64,000 nt of DNA from Mobula hypostoma (Eukaryota): contig NC_086120.1 of the NCBI RefSeq assembly GCF_963921235.1, forward strand, positions 25,606,001 to 25,670,000, read 5' to 3'. The position numbers were made by a program, and so were the translations under genes. The notes beneath the pieces were generated by a model, which was not told where the DNA came from, ran no database searches, and saw only the letters and a program-made list of their open reading frames with translations. This document shows positions 1 through 11,910 of this stretch, in pieces (the stretch's first letter is position 1; each line of letters starts with the position of its first letter).

Positions 1-29
1 TCTGACTTGTGTAACTCCATGACAATGAC

Positions 30-600
30 TCTGCGTGGTCGACACTTTAATTATGGCGGGCGTCCCAACACGGGCTTCGTTGGCTGGAGGCGATAACCGG
101 CCCTTCGGCCCCACCCGTCGTGGTGTGATTGTGGGTGAACGCTCTGCGGTGCAGTTCGCCTGCCGGCCTGTAGAGGAGCCATCGCGCCATTGTAGCGCAG
201 TGATGAACGAGCCAGCCCGGCCGGCGACGGCGCTGGAATGACCTTGCTGCAGTAACGGGAGTTCGCCTTGGTGGTGCTGTAGGGGGCAGCTGGGCTGCAG
301 TGACTCGCCCCGCCGGTGGCGGTGCTGCCGCGGGAGGTTCCAATGCGACGTAGTAACGCGCTGAAGGCGGCGGTGGTGCTGTGGGGGGAGGCCGGCCTGG
401 CCGGAATTCGATCGCCCGGGTTCAGCTCCGCCCCTGGCTAATCGGGAGCCGGCAAGGGGCAGGCGCTATGGTGAGTAAGGCCTGGAGTGGGTAGTGGGGT
501 TCGGTCACACAACGCAGTTACCCTGCTCCTTTAGGGTCTTGGAAGCTTCACTCCCCTGGAGATCGGCGAGGGAAGGAGGTTCGCGGGTGCAGGGTTGGAA
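30..600 (+). promoter_or_regulatory. CpG island / promoter of REX1BD
   Basis: GC- and CpG-rich stretch in a CpG-depleted background. GC box CTCCGCCCC at 426-434, just upstream of the first exon. Confidence 0.75.
468..470 (+). CDS. REX1BD: REX1BD coding exon 1 (start codon only)
   Basis: GCTATG|GTGAGT at the edge of a CpG island. In-frame upstream TAA at 354-356. Phase 0 fits exon 2. Confidence 0.7.
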
Positions 601-3600
601 GGAAAGCGATGGAGAAGGGGAAGGTAGAATGAGAACAATCAAACGGTTTTAAGACCATAAAACATGGGAGCAGAATTAGGCCATTCAGCCCGTTTGGTGC
701 CTCAGGGTTTGTCCACCCCTCCATAAGATGACGGCTGTTTATCTCAGTACCACTTCCCTGAAGGACCCATTGTTTCTTTAATGTCCGAAAAAATCCATTG
801 AATGTCCCGAGAAACCAAACCTCCACATCTCCTCTGAGTAGAGAATTTTCATTTCTTTCTGGCTTGGATGACCCCATATTCTGAGACAATGATTCCTGGG
901 TCTACACATGTCAGCTCGGTGATGGATATTCCCAGCATCTACCCTGTCAAGCTCTGTAAGAATTTTGTACATTTTAATAAGACCACCTCTTGTGCTGAGA
1001 TGTTTGGAGAATACAGTGCACATCAGTACATATGATAAATTCATCATCTCAGCGTTCAATCTTTGAACCTTCATTGCACTCTCTCTATGCCACAGAGTCT
1101 ATAGCAAAAATAACCTTCTGTCGGTCAGGAAATCACACCTTAACATCGATCCCAGATGTTGTTTAATCAGATGTTATACGAGGGGTGATTGATAAGTTCG
1201 TGACCTAAGGTAGAAGGAGATGAGTTATTAACTTCAAACTTTTTCTGCATTTTCACTCAGAGTTGAACTGCACGTGCATGTAACGAAAGCTGTATAACTC
1301 ATCTTCTGCCTTAGGCCATGAACTTATCAATCACCCCTGCTGTGGACCACTTCTACAAAGAAGGGATCCGTATGCTCCACGACCGCTGGACTAAATGTGT
1401 ACATGCAGGAGGGGACTATGTTGAAAAATAAATGTGCTAGGTTTTCTAAAAATTGACTCCTCCTACTTTGGGCCACGAACTTATTAATCACCCCTCATAC
1501 AATTGAGCAAGAATAGAATTGAATTGACTTTATTTCTTACATCCCTCACATACATGAGGAGTAAAAATCTTTACGTTATGTCTCCATGTAAATGTGCAAT
1601 GTGCACTTTATAGTAGTTTGTAATAAATAGTATGTACAACAGGACAGTCAGCATAGCCTAGAAATACAATTGTATCAGCGTGAGTTAATCAGTCTGATGG
1701 CCTGGTGGAAGAAGCTGTCCCGGAGCCTGTTGGTCCTGGCTTTTATGCTGTGGTACCGTTTCCCAGATGGTATCAGCTGGAACAGTTTATGGCTGGGGTG
1801 ACTTGGGTCCCCGGTGATCCTTCGGGCCCTTTTTACACACCTGTCTCTGTAAATGTCGTACTGGGATCCTCTAATAATAAAGGCCAACTTGCTGTGTGTC
1901 TTGTGCTAAACCTGCACATTAATTTTTTTTTAGGACTTTGTGTCCAAGAACACTTAAACACTTTCTCAACACCAACCCTTTCAATCTCTTGAGTTTAAAA
2001 AAAAATACCTTTTTTCAACTAAACTGGATTACCATGTTGTTGAGGTTACAATGAGCTCGGTGAATATCTCATTAATTGGTGGTCCTTCTACTAAATCACA
2101 TGTTTATATGCCTATTCACAGGTTCGTCAGTGGCACGTGTAGTGGTTAACACAACACTTTACAGTACAGGCGAACCGGGATCAATTCCCACTGCTGCCTA
2201 TGAGGCATTTGCGTCATCTCCCTGTGACCGCTTGGGTTTCCTCCCGTAGTCCAAAGACATACCGTTTGATAGGTATTGGTCATTGTAGGTTGTCCCCTGA
2301 TTAGACAGAATTAAATCGGGGGATTGCTGGGCGGTGTGGCTCGAAGGGCCTATTCTACTCTGTATAAACTATATATAGCACCTGAATTTCCTCTGCATCT
2401 TTTTCATGGTAGAAATGGGGTGAGGTAAGATTGAGTGGAGGAGTGAGTGTAATTACTTCAAGAAGAGTGACATCATTGCTGAACTGGTTGGTTACATCGC
2501 CTCCTGGTTTGGTGACTGGAGGCACCATCCATCATTTTGACTCCCACTGTCCAGGGCATGCCGTCTTGTTACTACCATCAGGGAGGAGCTACAGGACCCA
2601 CACACGCTTTAGGAACAGCTTTTTCCCTTCCACCATCAGATTTCTGTGTGGTCTATGAGCCCCCTTATCTAAGAAGGGATGTGCTGGCATTGGAGGGAGT
2701 CCAGAGGAGGCTCTCAAGGCCAAGTCGTTAGGTATACTTAAGGCAGACCTTGATAGGTTCTTCATTAATCAGCGCATCAGAGGTTACTTGAGAAGGCAAG
2801 AGAATGGGATTGACAGGGATAATAAGTCAGCCATGATGGAATAGTGGGCAGACTAGATGGGCCAAATGGCCTAATTCTGCTCATGGGTCTTATGGTCAAT
2901 GGTTACCCCACTAAAAGTACATAAGTGGCTGTAAGGTGTTTCAAGGCATCCTGTGATGATGAAAGACACTGTAGAAACACAAGTTTATGTAGATTTTAGT
3001 GTTTGGCAAAAGAGCCCCAGTTGGAAAACAAGGAAAAAGTGTTTTGTGAAGTGAGTTATAATCTGGAATTTTTTTTTTACCTCAAAAATTGTTGGGAATT
3101 TACTCAACAGTAACTTTCAAAGGAAAGTTGGATTGGTGCTGAGAGGGCTAATATTTGTACTGTTCTGGTTGAAGTGAATGAGTAAGACCAGGTAAATAGC
3201 ACTTTCAAGAAACCAGCCCAAATGTGACGAGCTGAAAGCTCTCCTTTTGCATCGTGCATTTTATTAATCATTTCTTTTGTTTTGGTCATAGAATGCAGGT
3301 AGTCTGACTGCGTTGGTGCGGAGCCTGTATACTCTACAGGAGGAACGTGTTGAAGCTTATAGGCTGTTTGATTTGTAAGTAAATATGGAGAGGATGTACA
3401 AATTTCTTTAATCACTTAAAAAAGACATTCCCAGTTTCTCCTCATTCTTGTATGGATTGTACTTTGGTTTTGGCGCATGTCTCTCTCAGAAGAATCTCTG
3501 CATCACCAAAGCAGTCATATTTTAAAAAATTTGTCTCCTTTTCCCCAAATCACCTTTTATCTCTCAGATCTTCCATCCCAACAGATTTGTCAGTCTTGAG

Positions 3601-6226
3601 ATCACAATCTAGTGTCTGCTGCATTATTAAACATACAACTGGGCTCACATTCCAAATCAATTAAACAACTTTATTTGTAGAAGGTATAGAAGTTAAACAA
3701 GTTGGACACAAATGCTGTGCTGCAAGCTTTCCTGGAGTAATTAGACTGAAAGGTACATAACTGACATGCTGCAACAGGCAGCAGAAATCACTTTCAGTTC
3801 TCGTTTAATCCTCAAATCGTCTAATCATTCAGCTTGGTTTCTACAAGTTTTGCAGTTCACTCTCACTCAGAATATTTGCTGCTTTTTTTCTTATTCTTAA
3901 CTCTGACATTTTATCTGAATATCACTCATGTCCTTTGTTCATTCTCCATCTGATCACCCACTTGCTCTTTGCCATGCTTATGTTTGTCTACTCAGTCTTT
4001 CGTTTGCAAACTCTCTGCTTCTCAACCTCCTAGTTCATCATTTGCCCTCTCCTTTAACCAATTTTCACATTCCCAATCTCTCTGAATTTCATGTTCCTAA
4101 CCCATTTTCCCCAAAAAAGTGTCCATTACCTTGCGTCCTTTAGTAATCCTTGCTTCCTCCCACAATCTGCTCTCTCTCTTCCTCATCCCAGCCTCAGCTG
4201 CCTTCTTCCCCACCACAACTCCATCTTTACCCTTCTCCCTACCCCTCCCACTCGCTTTAGCATGCTTCCTGCCTCCCATACCATCCCTATTTTCCCCACC
4301 CTCTCTCTGGAGATCCCCATCCCTAATCCACCTTTTCTCTGGAGCTCCCTACCACATCCCACTCCATCCCACCTTCTCTCTGGAGTTTCCCACCCAACCG
4401 TCTTTATAGGGTTCCCGACTGCATCCCACCCCACCCTTTCCCTGGACTCCCCCCATCCCACACCACCCTCTAGAGCAGGGGTTCTCAACCTGAGGTCCAT
4501 AGACCCGTCGGTTAATGGTAGGGGTCCATAGCATTAAAAAGGTTGGGAACCCCTGCTCTGTAGGTTTCCTTCTCCCCTGCACTCAAATCTCTGGCATTTC
4601 CCCAACCCCACCCAGCATTCTCCAACTTCCGTTCGGACCCCGCTCTCCTGACTTCCCCTCCTTCTCATCCTCTCTTCTCTCCTTAACACTTCCTTCCTCC
4701 GCCCCACCACCCTCTTCCACATGATTCTGTATCCCCCTGCATTTTACCAGGGCTTGCCTAGGCTTTACCTCCACTGATCTCAGCTAACAGAAGAGAACCA
4801 GAGAAGGGATACTGCATGATTGCTGGAAAACTGGTGTTTAAAAACAGCAGGCATCTTTGATCATTTTAACTGCTCTCTGTTCCAGAGGACACCAGGCTTA
4901 TCTCCGCTCAGCTCCTAATTATGACTTCATCAGATACCGGCAACTTGTGCATGAAATCACACAGGCCTTTAACCGCATCTCAAAGGAAGTGATTCAGCTC
5001 AGGGACCGATTTCAGGAGGATTTCGACCGTCCAGACCTCTCAAAACACATTGAAAGAATTCAGGAACGGGAGCAGGAGAAATTGGTGCTGGTAAGGTGTT
5101 CGGGTGTTATGAAGGAAGAGGGATAATTGTGAGATATTGTAGGAATGTGTGGAGTTTGAGGGAAAGGTGATGTTGGGAGAATACAGGGAGAGGCAATTAT
5201 TTATAAGTAGTAGAAACGAAGGCTAGGTTTTGAAAGAATAAGTAAGGACATATTATTTCTCGTAGAAGGAGGGTTAGTAACCAGAAGACAGTGTTAAGGT
5301 GATCACCAAAAGAACCACATGGAAGATTAGGATTTTCTTTTGGACACAAGTTGCTGTGACCTGAAATAATCTGTTTGAAAAGGCAGGAAAAGCAATAAAT
5401 AATTGCCGTGTTAAAACTTGTAGATCAATAGTGAAGAAAAAACAAGCAAATCAGATCAGTCCTGCCGGAGCATCTCGGCCTGAAATGTCAGCTGTTTTTT
5501 TCCGTAGATGCTACCTGGTCTGCTGAGTTCCTCCAGTATTTTGTGTGTGCTTAAATCAGATTAATTGATTAATTTTTAAAAAGAACGGCACAATTATAAA
5601 ATTGTCTTCTGCAGACACAAGAAATTGCAGATGCTGGACTATGGAGCAACAAGCAATCTGTTCGATCCACTGAGTACCTTCAGCAGATTGGCTTAACCAT
5701 TTGAAAAAATGTGGAAATGCACATTAGTATCAGTAAAGCAGAGGTTAAGTGTGTAACCTAGGAAAAAGTCAACCAAATGTGGCAAGAAAGATGGGACAGG
5801 GAGGGGAAAGGGAGGCATTTATATCAAATACAAAAGAGTGTTGCAGGTACAAGGGTAGGTAGTGGATACAGAAGAGATAAGACTGTGTGGACTAGGTTAA
5901 GGCTGGGGCACTGTGCATTAAACAAAACATTGAAAATGATAGGGAAACACCAGACAGGATTGTGTGAGGAATGTCGGGAAGGGGAGTCAGTAGAACATGT
6001 AGTTCTGAGTTGCAGGAAGTATGGGATACAGAGAGAGATGATGAGAATTAATCTAAAGGAATTGGGGGTGCAGGAACTCACATTAAAAGGGTTGCTGGGC
6101 ATGGGTGAGAGAGCACAGGTCTGGGTATTTTTAGCATTCTTAAAGGGTACAGGGGTTTTTTATAGGATATGACGGATAAACAGGAATAGGGTACTAGGAT
6201 GGTCAAAGATGGGAAGATAAAGTGTA

Positions 6227-6266
<40 letters not shown>

Positions 6267-8104
6267 CGCGCGCGCGATTGGGTGAAGGGATTTAGAATAT
6301 ATGTCTAGTGCACATTCCGGAGCAGAAGGTGGCGGTAATGCACCATTAAGCTGGATGCCAACCGCCATAAATCAAGATACAGACAGACAGACATTGCGTT
6401 CTGGCTCCATCTAACATCGTCGTACGTGGGTCAGTACGTTGCAGGTACCAAGCAGCAACGCTGGGAAATCTCCCCCAGCCCACCTTAGTATGGCACTGTT
6501 TATTTTCCACTTTGATTGAGCTGACATTAGGCAAAAATTAGATCTCCTGGCTGCTAGTGAGATTGCTGAAGCCCAAGCTGCTGTCATTTGGCTAGCCAGC
6601 CTCATGCGAATGAGCCCATGAGGTCTCATTCTGTTTTTCCATGGACATTCCTGAGTTAGTAGAGTATAACTGAGAAAAGTGAATATATCTAGGTTCCTAA
6701 GGAAAGGACAATGTGATTTGGAGAGGTAAAGTGCAAAGTATTTTCTGTTCTCATCCTCCAGACGGCTCAACTACAACTTGCCAAACAGAATGCATTGGAC
6801 CATCCAGGGAATGAAACATACGAGGAAGAAGCTCGGGAACTGAAGCACAGGTGGGAATATTGCATCATACACCTTCTCCGAGGTTGGCTGCCTTGTGCAC
6901 ACCTGCCAATGTCCTGGCCTGCTTGTCCCCAACCACTGAATCTGGCTGCCACTCTGTGAGCTGATGGTTGGGGCAGTGAGTACCTTGAGCTCTCAGAACT
7001 CAGGTTTAAAGGAAAACGTTGTCCTCTAAAGCTTGGACTGAACGACAAAGACATGATTCCAGTTGTCAACGAGTGAGTCAGCTGGGCTCACTATTCTAAG
7101 AAAGCCAATTCTGTGGTGTACTGTAATTTGGTAATATCATGGAGGGGTTTAATAAGGTGAAATTAATGGCACACATTAAAACTAGGTCCCTGGTTTTTAA
7201 GTGCAAGGCAGTCACTAAAAAGTCTAGTTGAAATTTCAGGTGAAACCCTTCCCCAACGATGGTTGATAAAGGAAATATAATGTGAGTTGTTGAAGCTAGC
7301 TACATGGATGCATTTGAAATGAAGTTTGATAAAAATATAAGAAAGTGAAGAACAGAGGGATATATTGATAGGTTGGAAAATGATTATATTTGGGGAGGAA
7401 AAGCACCAGAACAAACTAACCAGGCCAAATAGTCTGTTTCTAAGACATAAAATATATATGGAAGCAGGAGATGTACCCATGACCTTTTAACAAAAATGAA
7501 GGTGGTACGGCTTGACACACTTTGCTGTGTCTTGCTGCACTCCCCATCCTTTCTCCAAGTCCTGGTCCAGACAAAGAGTGCATTCCTGACTCGATGTTAG
7601 ATGAGGATTGAATGGACAAAACAGCTTCCCAGTGATAATCTTAGCCAACTCAGGACAGATCTTCATAATTCAAACTGTCACCTCTGGATGTTTCTCAAAG
7701 CATGATTGTAACTGTCATCAGTACCCACTGGACTGAGATGGAGGAATTGGTGATGGTTGGGGAGAAGCAGCCAGGATTTCCTCTTCCATTCATTCTCCAC
7801 TTACCCTAGAAACTACCTCTCTCTCACCTTGGTATTATTGAATTTTGTTGCAAAGCACTGCCGTTCCAGTAGCTTGCTTTTACACACTAAGCATGTGATG
7901 TAGTGCTGCTTTAACAGGCCTATAGAGGGCAGCCTGTAAAACCTGCGATCAAAGTGGTCACAGCACTGATGAATCACTTCTCCCCAATTCTGATTTTACT
8001 AAATATTTATCACTTTCTCCAGGATTAATAAAACAATTGAGGCAATCAACGAGATTCTTCAGGACTTCAAATACGATTCTGAAGAGATTGAATCCAGTGG
8101 ATAG
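468..8104 (+). CDS. REX1BD: REX1BD (C19orf60 orthologue), spliced CDS join(468-470,3292-3374,4886-5090,6762-6850,8023-8104), 153 aa
   Basis: The exons join in frame (462 nt) with GT-AG sites. Peptide [57 protein letters not shown]...RINKTIEAINEILQDFKYDSEEIESSG* matches my recollection of C19orf60 motifs (GH..YLRS.P.YDF..YR..VH..TQAF; I..T.EAI.E.LQD). It sits next to CRLF1, as in human. Confidence 0.9.
645..1085 (-). mobile_element. CR1 LINE 3' fragment (decayed)
   Basis: Minus-strand translation RGGLIKMYKILTELDRVDAG resembles the CR1 ORF2 C-terminus; CR1-type 3' tail. Confidence 0.7.
1179..1497 (+). mobile_element. Mariner-derived MITE with transposase C-terminal remnant
   Basis: About 40-bp terminal inverted repeats (TIRs; CGAGGGGTGATTGATAAGTTCGTG... 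/ ...CCACGAACTTATTAATCACCCCTC) flanked by TA. 1351-1431 encodes FYKEGIRMLHDRWTKCVHAGGDYVEK*, typical of mariner transposase ends. Confidence 0.88.
1511..1857 (-). mobile_element. Rex1/Babar LINE 3' fragment
   Basis: RCVKRARRITGDPSHPSHKLFQLIPSGKRYHSIKARTNRLRDSFFHQAIRLIN; tail AATAAAGTCAATTCAATTC; same family as 55597-56766. Confidence 0.85.
2128..2365 (+). mobile_element. tRNA-derived SINE (HE1/V-SINE-like)
   Basis: A/B-box-like head and a GGGTTTCCTCCC...TCCAAAGAC core shared with copies near 15595-15730, 16880-17135, 27030-27310, 27540-27870, 31940-32197, 52190-52645 and 53690-53820. Confidence 0.7.
3292..3374 (+). CDS. REX1BD: REX1BD exon 2
   Basis: Polypyrimidine tract and ATAG acceptor; encodes [33 protein letters not shown] donor; ends phase 2. 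Confidence 0.85.
4476..4555. mobile_element. 80-bp hAT (Charlie-like) MITE
   Basis: TIRs CAGGGGTTCTCAACC / GGTTGGGAACCCCTG; 8-bp flanks CTCTAGAG / CTCTGTAG fit the NTCTAGAN target. Confidence 0.8.
4886..5090 (+). CDS. REX1BD: REX1BD exon 3
   Basis: TTCCAG acceptor; [35 protein letters not shown]...EQEKLVL; GTAAGG donor. Lies inside ORF 4857-5126. Confidence 0.92.
5457..5550 (+). mobile_element. Penelope-like element terminal remnant with decayed hammerhead motif
   Basis: CAGTC CTGCCGG AGCATCTCGGCCT GAAAT GTC AGCTG, then GATGCT...CTGCTGAGTTCCTCCAGTATTTTGTGTGTG; homologous to 39373-39471. Confidence 0.6.
5698..6393 (+). mobile_element. I-group (Nimb/I-clade-like) LINE, 5'-truncated 3' end
   Basis: WQERW...TRLRLGHCALNKTL...CEECREGESVEHVVLSC is a CCHC zinc knuckle of the type that follows RNase H. 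The 3'UTR has (GT)n(GC)n, GGTGGCGGTAATGCACC and a (CAGA)n tail. Confidence 0.75.
6762..6850 (+). CDS. REX1BD: REX1BD exon 4
   Basis: CTCCAG acceptor; TAQLQLAKQNALDHPGNETYEEEARELKH; AG|GTGGGA donor; ends phase 2. Confidence 0.88.
8023..8104 (+). CDS. REX1BD: REX1BD exon 5 (last coding exon)
   Basis: CTCCAG acceptor; (R)INKTIEAINEILQDFKYDSEEIESSG; TAG stop at 8102-8104. Confidence 0.88.
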
Positions 8105-8843
8105 TCCAGTGAGGAAGATCTGTCAGAGACACTGGATTAGTGCATAAAGTCATTCCTTGGAGTCACCTCTTCCTGCCTGCAGTGTCCAGGATAGCTTCCT
8201 ACTCTGCCTGAGGATGGAACTTCTGTTGTCTTGCATCTCTTCAATACTTGTCAAGACCTCTGTATTGCCACAGGTTGGCCCAAGCAAGTTCATTCTCAGA
8301 GAAAGTGCAGGATATACAGGGGATCAATTTGAGCAAAAGGTGTCTAAAATAACAAACTTTTTCTGATGAGAATGCAACAATTGAGTTGGAAATGACTTAA
8401 TTTTCACTGTTTTCACTGAGCTAGCTGTCTGATAATCTGTATGTAACATTCATCCACCGGGCTCGTCTTTTTGAGGATTAAATAGTCCACCCATTTGATG
8501 AGTGTTCTAATCTGTGATACTGCACCATTTGTATATACGAGACAGGTATCTACGTAGTTGCATTTGGCACGCCCTGTGAAGTGCCCCCTTGTTGTTAATG
8601 TGATAGGCCCTGCCTTACTGCTGTACTGGAAGTGTTGGTGTGAATTATCTACCCAAGTCAACGGAATCGGTCTTCATTGCGGGCAATTTAACAAAAACAT
8701 TATCACTCTTTTTGAACTCTGATTACATTGGGAAGTCTACATTTCTCAAGACCAATGAAGGAAATGCTTCACTCAATTACCTCTTTCAAATCTTTATTTC
8801 ATTTACTAGAACTACCAATGAGATATCATCTAGTGTTAAAAGT

Positions 8844-8854
8844 AATAAAATAAA
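8844..8854 (+). terminator. candidate polyadenylation signals for REX1BD (two overlapping AATAAA)
   Basis: AATAAAATAAA about 740 nt after the stop codon. Usage not demonstrated. Confidence 0.4.
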
Positions 8855-11738
8855 ACAGCACAGAGGAAAACCACCAACTCCCAAGTTTGAAGCCGTGGTT
8901 AAGAAGATCATTTTGTTAGTTGTAATGTTATTTGCATCATTTTATGTGTTGAAGATATGAAGTATTAGAAACTGATATTTATTATAAATATTAAAACAAC
9001 AAGGGGATAAAATAGAAAAACATAATGATAGGAAATAAAATCCATCACCAAAGTTTATAATCCATAAAACAAATCTCAGTAATTCCCGACAGAACAGTCA
9101 TTGAAACTGGAGCAGAAAAACGCTGGAATTTACTGAACCCCAGAATTCTCATTATGGAGTTATTGTCCGGGAACTACTTCCTTCTGGCACCAGTAAAAGC
9201 TCATTGGGCATTACGGTTCTGCTTCCTAGCCCCCACAGTGATTGTACTTGACCAGTTTCTTGAGAGACTTTACCAAGAGAGCCAGAAGTATGGTAGAGTT
9301 TTGTACTCATATCAATGATAGCAGCAGAGTCCTCTGGAAAAAAATGGCAACTGAAATACACACCCTGCTATCAGTGTCTAAAAACCTCAGCTCCTTGCAA
9401 CCGGGCTTGGGTGGCCTTTTTACGCTAAAATCTGCAACACATAGTGACATCTTTGAATTCTGGCATTTTAACAGTGACCCCGAAATAGTTGAGAACATTG
9501 ATTTTGATCACGTCTAAGACCTAACTGAAGGGGCCTCTCCACTTCTTACACTATCAAATTGGGGGGAAGTCTTGCTTTCCTATTAACAATACCGTCACTC
9601 CTACAAGAATCCACATTGGTTGACTTGTGATGTTTGACTGCATAACCAACGCTGACATAGCCTCACAGGTAGGATTAATACTAGAGACAAGACATTTCCT
9701 TTAATCAAATACCCTTTTTATAATAGCCTATAACAGAATTTTAAATCCTGAACTTTAAAATGGCTGAATTACAATCTAAAAATCAATGTTTTAAAATTTT
9801 TTAAATCTTCAATTAAAATTGAATACAATTCATTTACAATTAAATTTTTCTGGGAGTTGGCTTTAAAACATCAAAATCAATTCAAGTAGAACTGTAGCAG
9901 GATCATCACTTTCATATATATCTTTACTTCCTCCTAATGCCTCAATACCCATAGTTGGAGGCTCCTGAGTAACTCTGGGAACTAAAAATGTTTTAGTTAA
10001 GATAGTCATTATTGGTCATTTGCATTTCCACAATTACTCATATCCTAGCTGGGCTTGATGCGGTCTGACCAGACTATCATCTTATTTTGCAAGCAGAGCC
10101 TGTGGAGTTCTCTGTGAAGGCATTATTTTCCTATTGACAACTCTGCCTGGGCTTAAATTCTTCATTGAGAAGACCATCTAGACTGTTCAATACTCAAGCC
10201 TGGCAACTTCCAGGAGGTCCACTTAGCCATCAAAAGTGGCTGTTCACATGAAAACGTGTACATGTGAATGCCAGATTACCAAGTGTAGATAACTGTAACT
10301 AACAATGGTAATGAGTACCCATTCAATAGGTATGCATCGCTTCTGTGCACTTGCCATTTTCACTGATTACCTCCTGACCAGAGGCTTTCTTATCTGTAAT
10401 TAGTAGGAACAGTGTGATGGGGGACAGTTCAATCAGTACTTGGACCACTGGGTCATTGCCTCTATTCCCATGTAAATCAGAAGTCGAGGGTTTGTAGGAG
10501 AATTAAATTGAACTGGGGGGGGGGGGCGAAGAATTGTAGACCATAAAGGGGGTTGATAGATTCTAGAAGTAACTGAAAGAGAGATGGCATATTGTAGAAA
10601 GTCAATTTCTTTATAAACAACACTAGGTCCATGTGATCTCCTGGACTGATAGTTTCTCTCCACAGCTGATTTTTATCTCCACTCCAGTTACCAGCCTTTG
10701 CATTACATTCCTCAGTACCTCTACTCCACAAAACTGCATCGAAAGCCCTCCTGAGCCTAGACAGCCATAGCTTTTTGGGGAGATGTCCAGAGTGGCACCA
10801 CGCTCTGAGCCTGGGTACAGCTGTTTGTATAGGCACATGCTGTTAAACCTATCCTGCTGTCCCTCAGCAATCTTTTCCATTATGGGGATTAGATTAAATT
10901 GGCTGATAAGATGCCAGGATCATTTCTTTCTTACAGCTTTTACTGTATGTTGGAACCACTACAAATGATGGGTGACATCAGTTCTTCTGTTACATCACAG
11001 AGAAACTTCTCCAAACAAATAATCTGAAACTTGATTGCTTTAAATGCTATTTTTGATTTATTCAAAAGTAAAATGATTTGGAAGTAGTCAATTCAGTCAG
11101 TTTGTTGTGCTGTAGGAGATAATGTTACCTGTACCGAATTTTTCAATGATCCATCTGGCTCAAATTTACTTGAGAGCTTTGGATGCATTGTCCTCTGAAT
11201 GTTGAGCTGTTCAGCAAAAGCTACTACTTGAATTATGTAGCACTTTTAACAAAGTAAACACACTCATGGTCGTTGACAGAAGCATTAGCAGTCAAAAATA
11301 ATGACAAGTATGAATTACTAGGACCGATGTTATAAAGCTTAGCTAAGGAGAGAGATTTTAAGGAACATTTTATAGGAGAAGGCAGAAGTTTGGGGTAGCT
11401 GAAGCCACAACCATCACTGGTGGAATAAATAAGAGGCCAGAACTGTGTAGAGATCTTGGCGAGCTGAAGGAGATTACAGCAATAAGGAGTGGAGAGAATG
11501 ATTGAGAAAACATGGATTAATAGAAGCATCGAGTTACAAATTCAGGCATTTCAAGAAGTGTCAAGTAGTCGTATCAATCAGTAGTGAAACTAAGAACCTC
11601 AAATCTCTTGACACTGAAATAAGAAGCTAATTAAAATTGAAAACAGAACACAGACCAATTGAAGTATAAGTTTGTCCTGATACTCCAAAAGTGAAATGTT
11701 TGTGACTTAACACCTGCTACCCTTTCATCTCCTTTAAT

Positions 11739-11744
11739 TTTATT
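11739..11744 (-). terminator. candidate CRLF1 polyadenylation signal AATAAA
   Basis: TTTATT on the + strand about 150 nt downstream of the stop. A second candidate lies at 11057-11062. Confidence 0.5.
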
Positions 11745-11893
11745 CACGAACCAGGGTCTAAATATACTTTGTCAGTAACAGTGTGAACCAAGAAACTGCC
11801 ATTTCCCATATTTCTAGATTAATGATCATGATGTTATGGCAATCTTCCGTGTGCATCAGGAGCATTTTCTTTTGGATGATGTCATCTCCGGAG

Positions 11894-11910
11894 TTACCGG
11901 GCGGGAGTAT
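11894..11910 (-). CDS. CRLF1: CRLF1 exon 9 (last coding exon)
   Basis: Strong poly-T acceptor ending TAG; DTPAR* resembles the GPAR* end I recall for human CRLF1. Confidence 0.75.

Noticed and set aside
35-343. ORFs at the window start
   Set aside because: GC-rich promoter sequence that is poor in stop codons; no recognisable homology.
4091-4774. Cluster of overlapping ORFs in REX1BD intron 2
   Set aside because: Low-complexity C/T-rich sequence that spans a MITE; no protein-like features.
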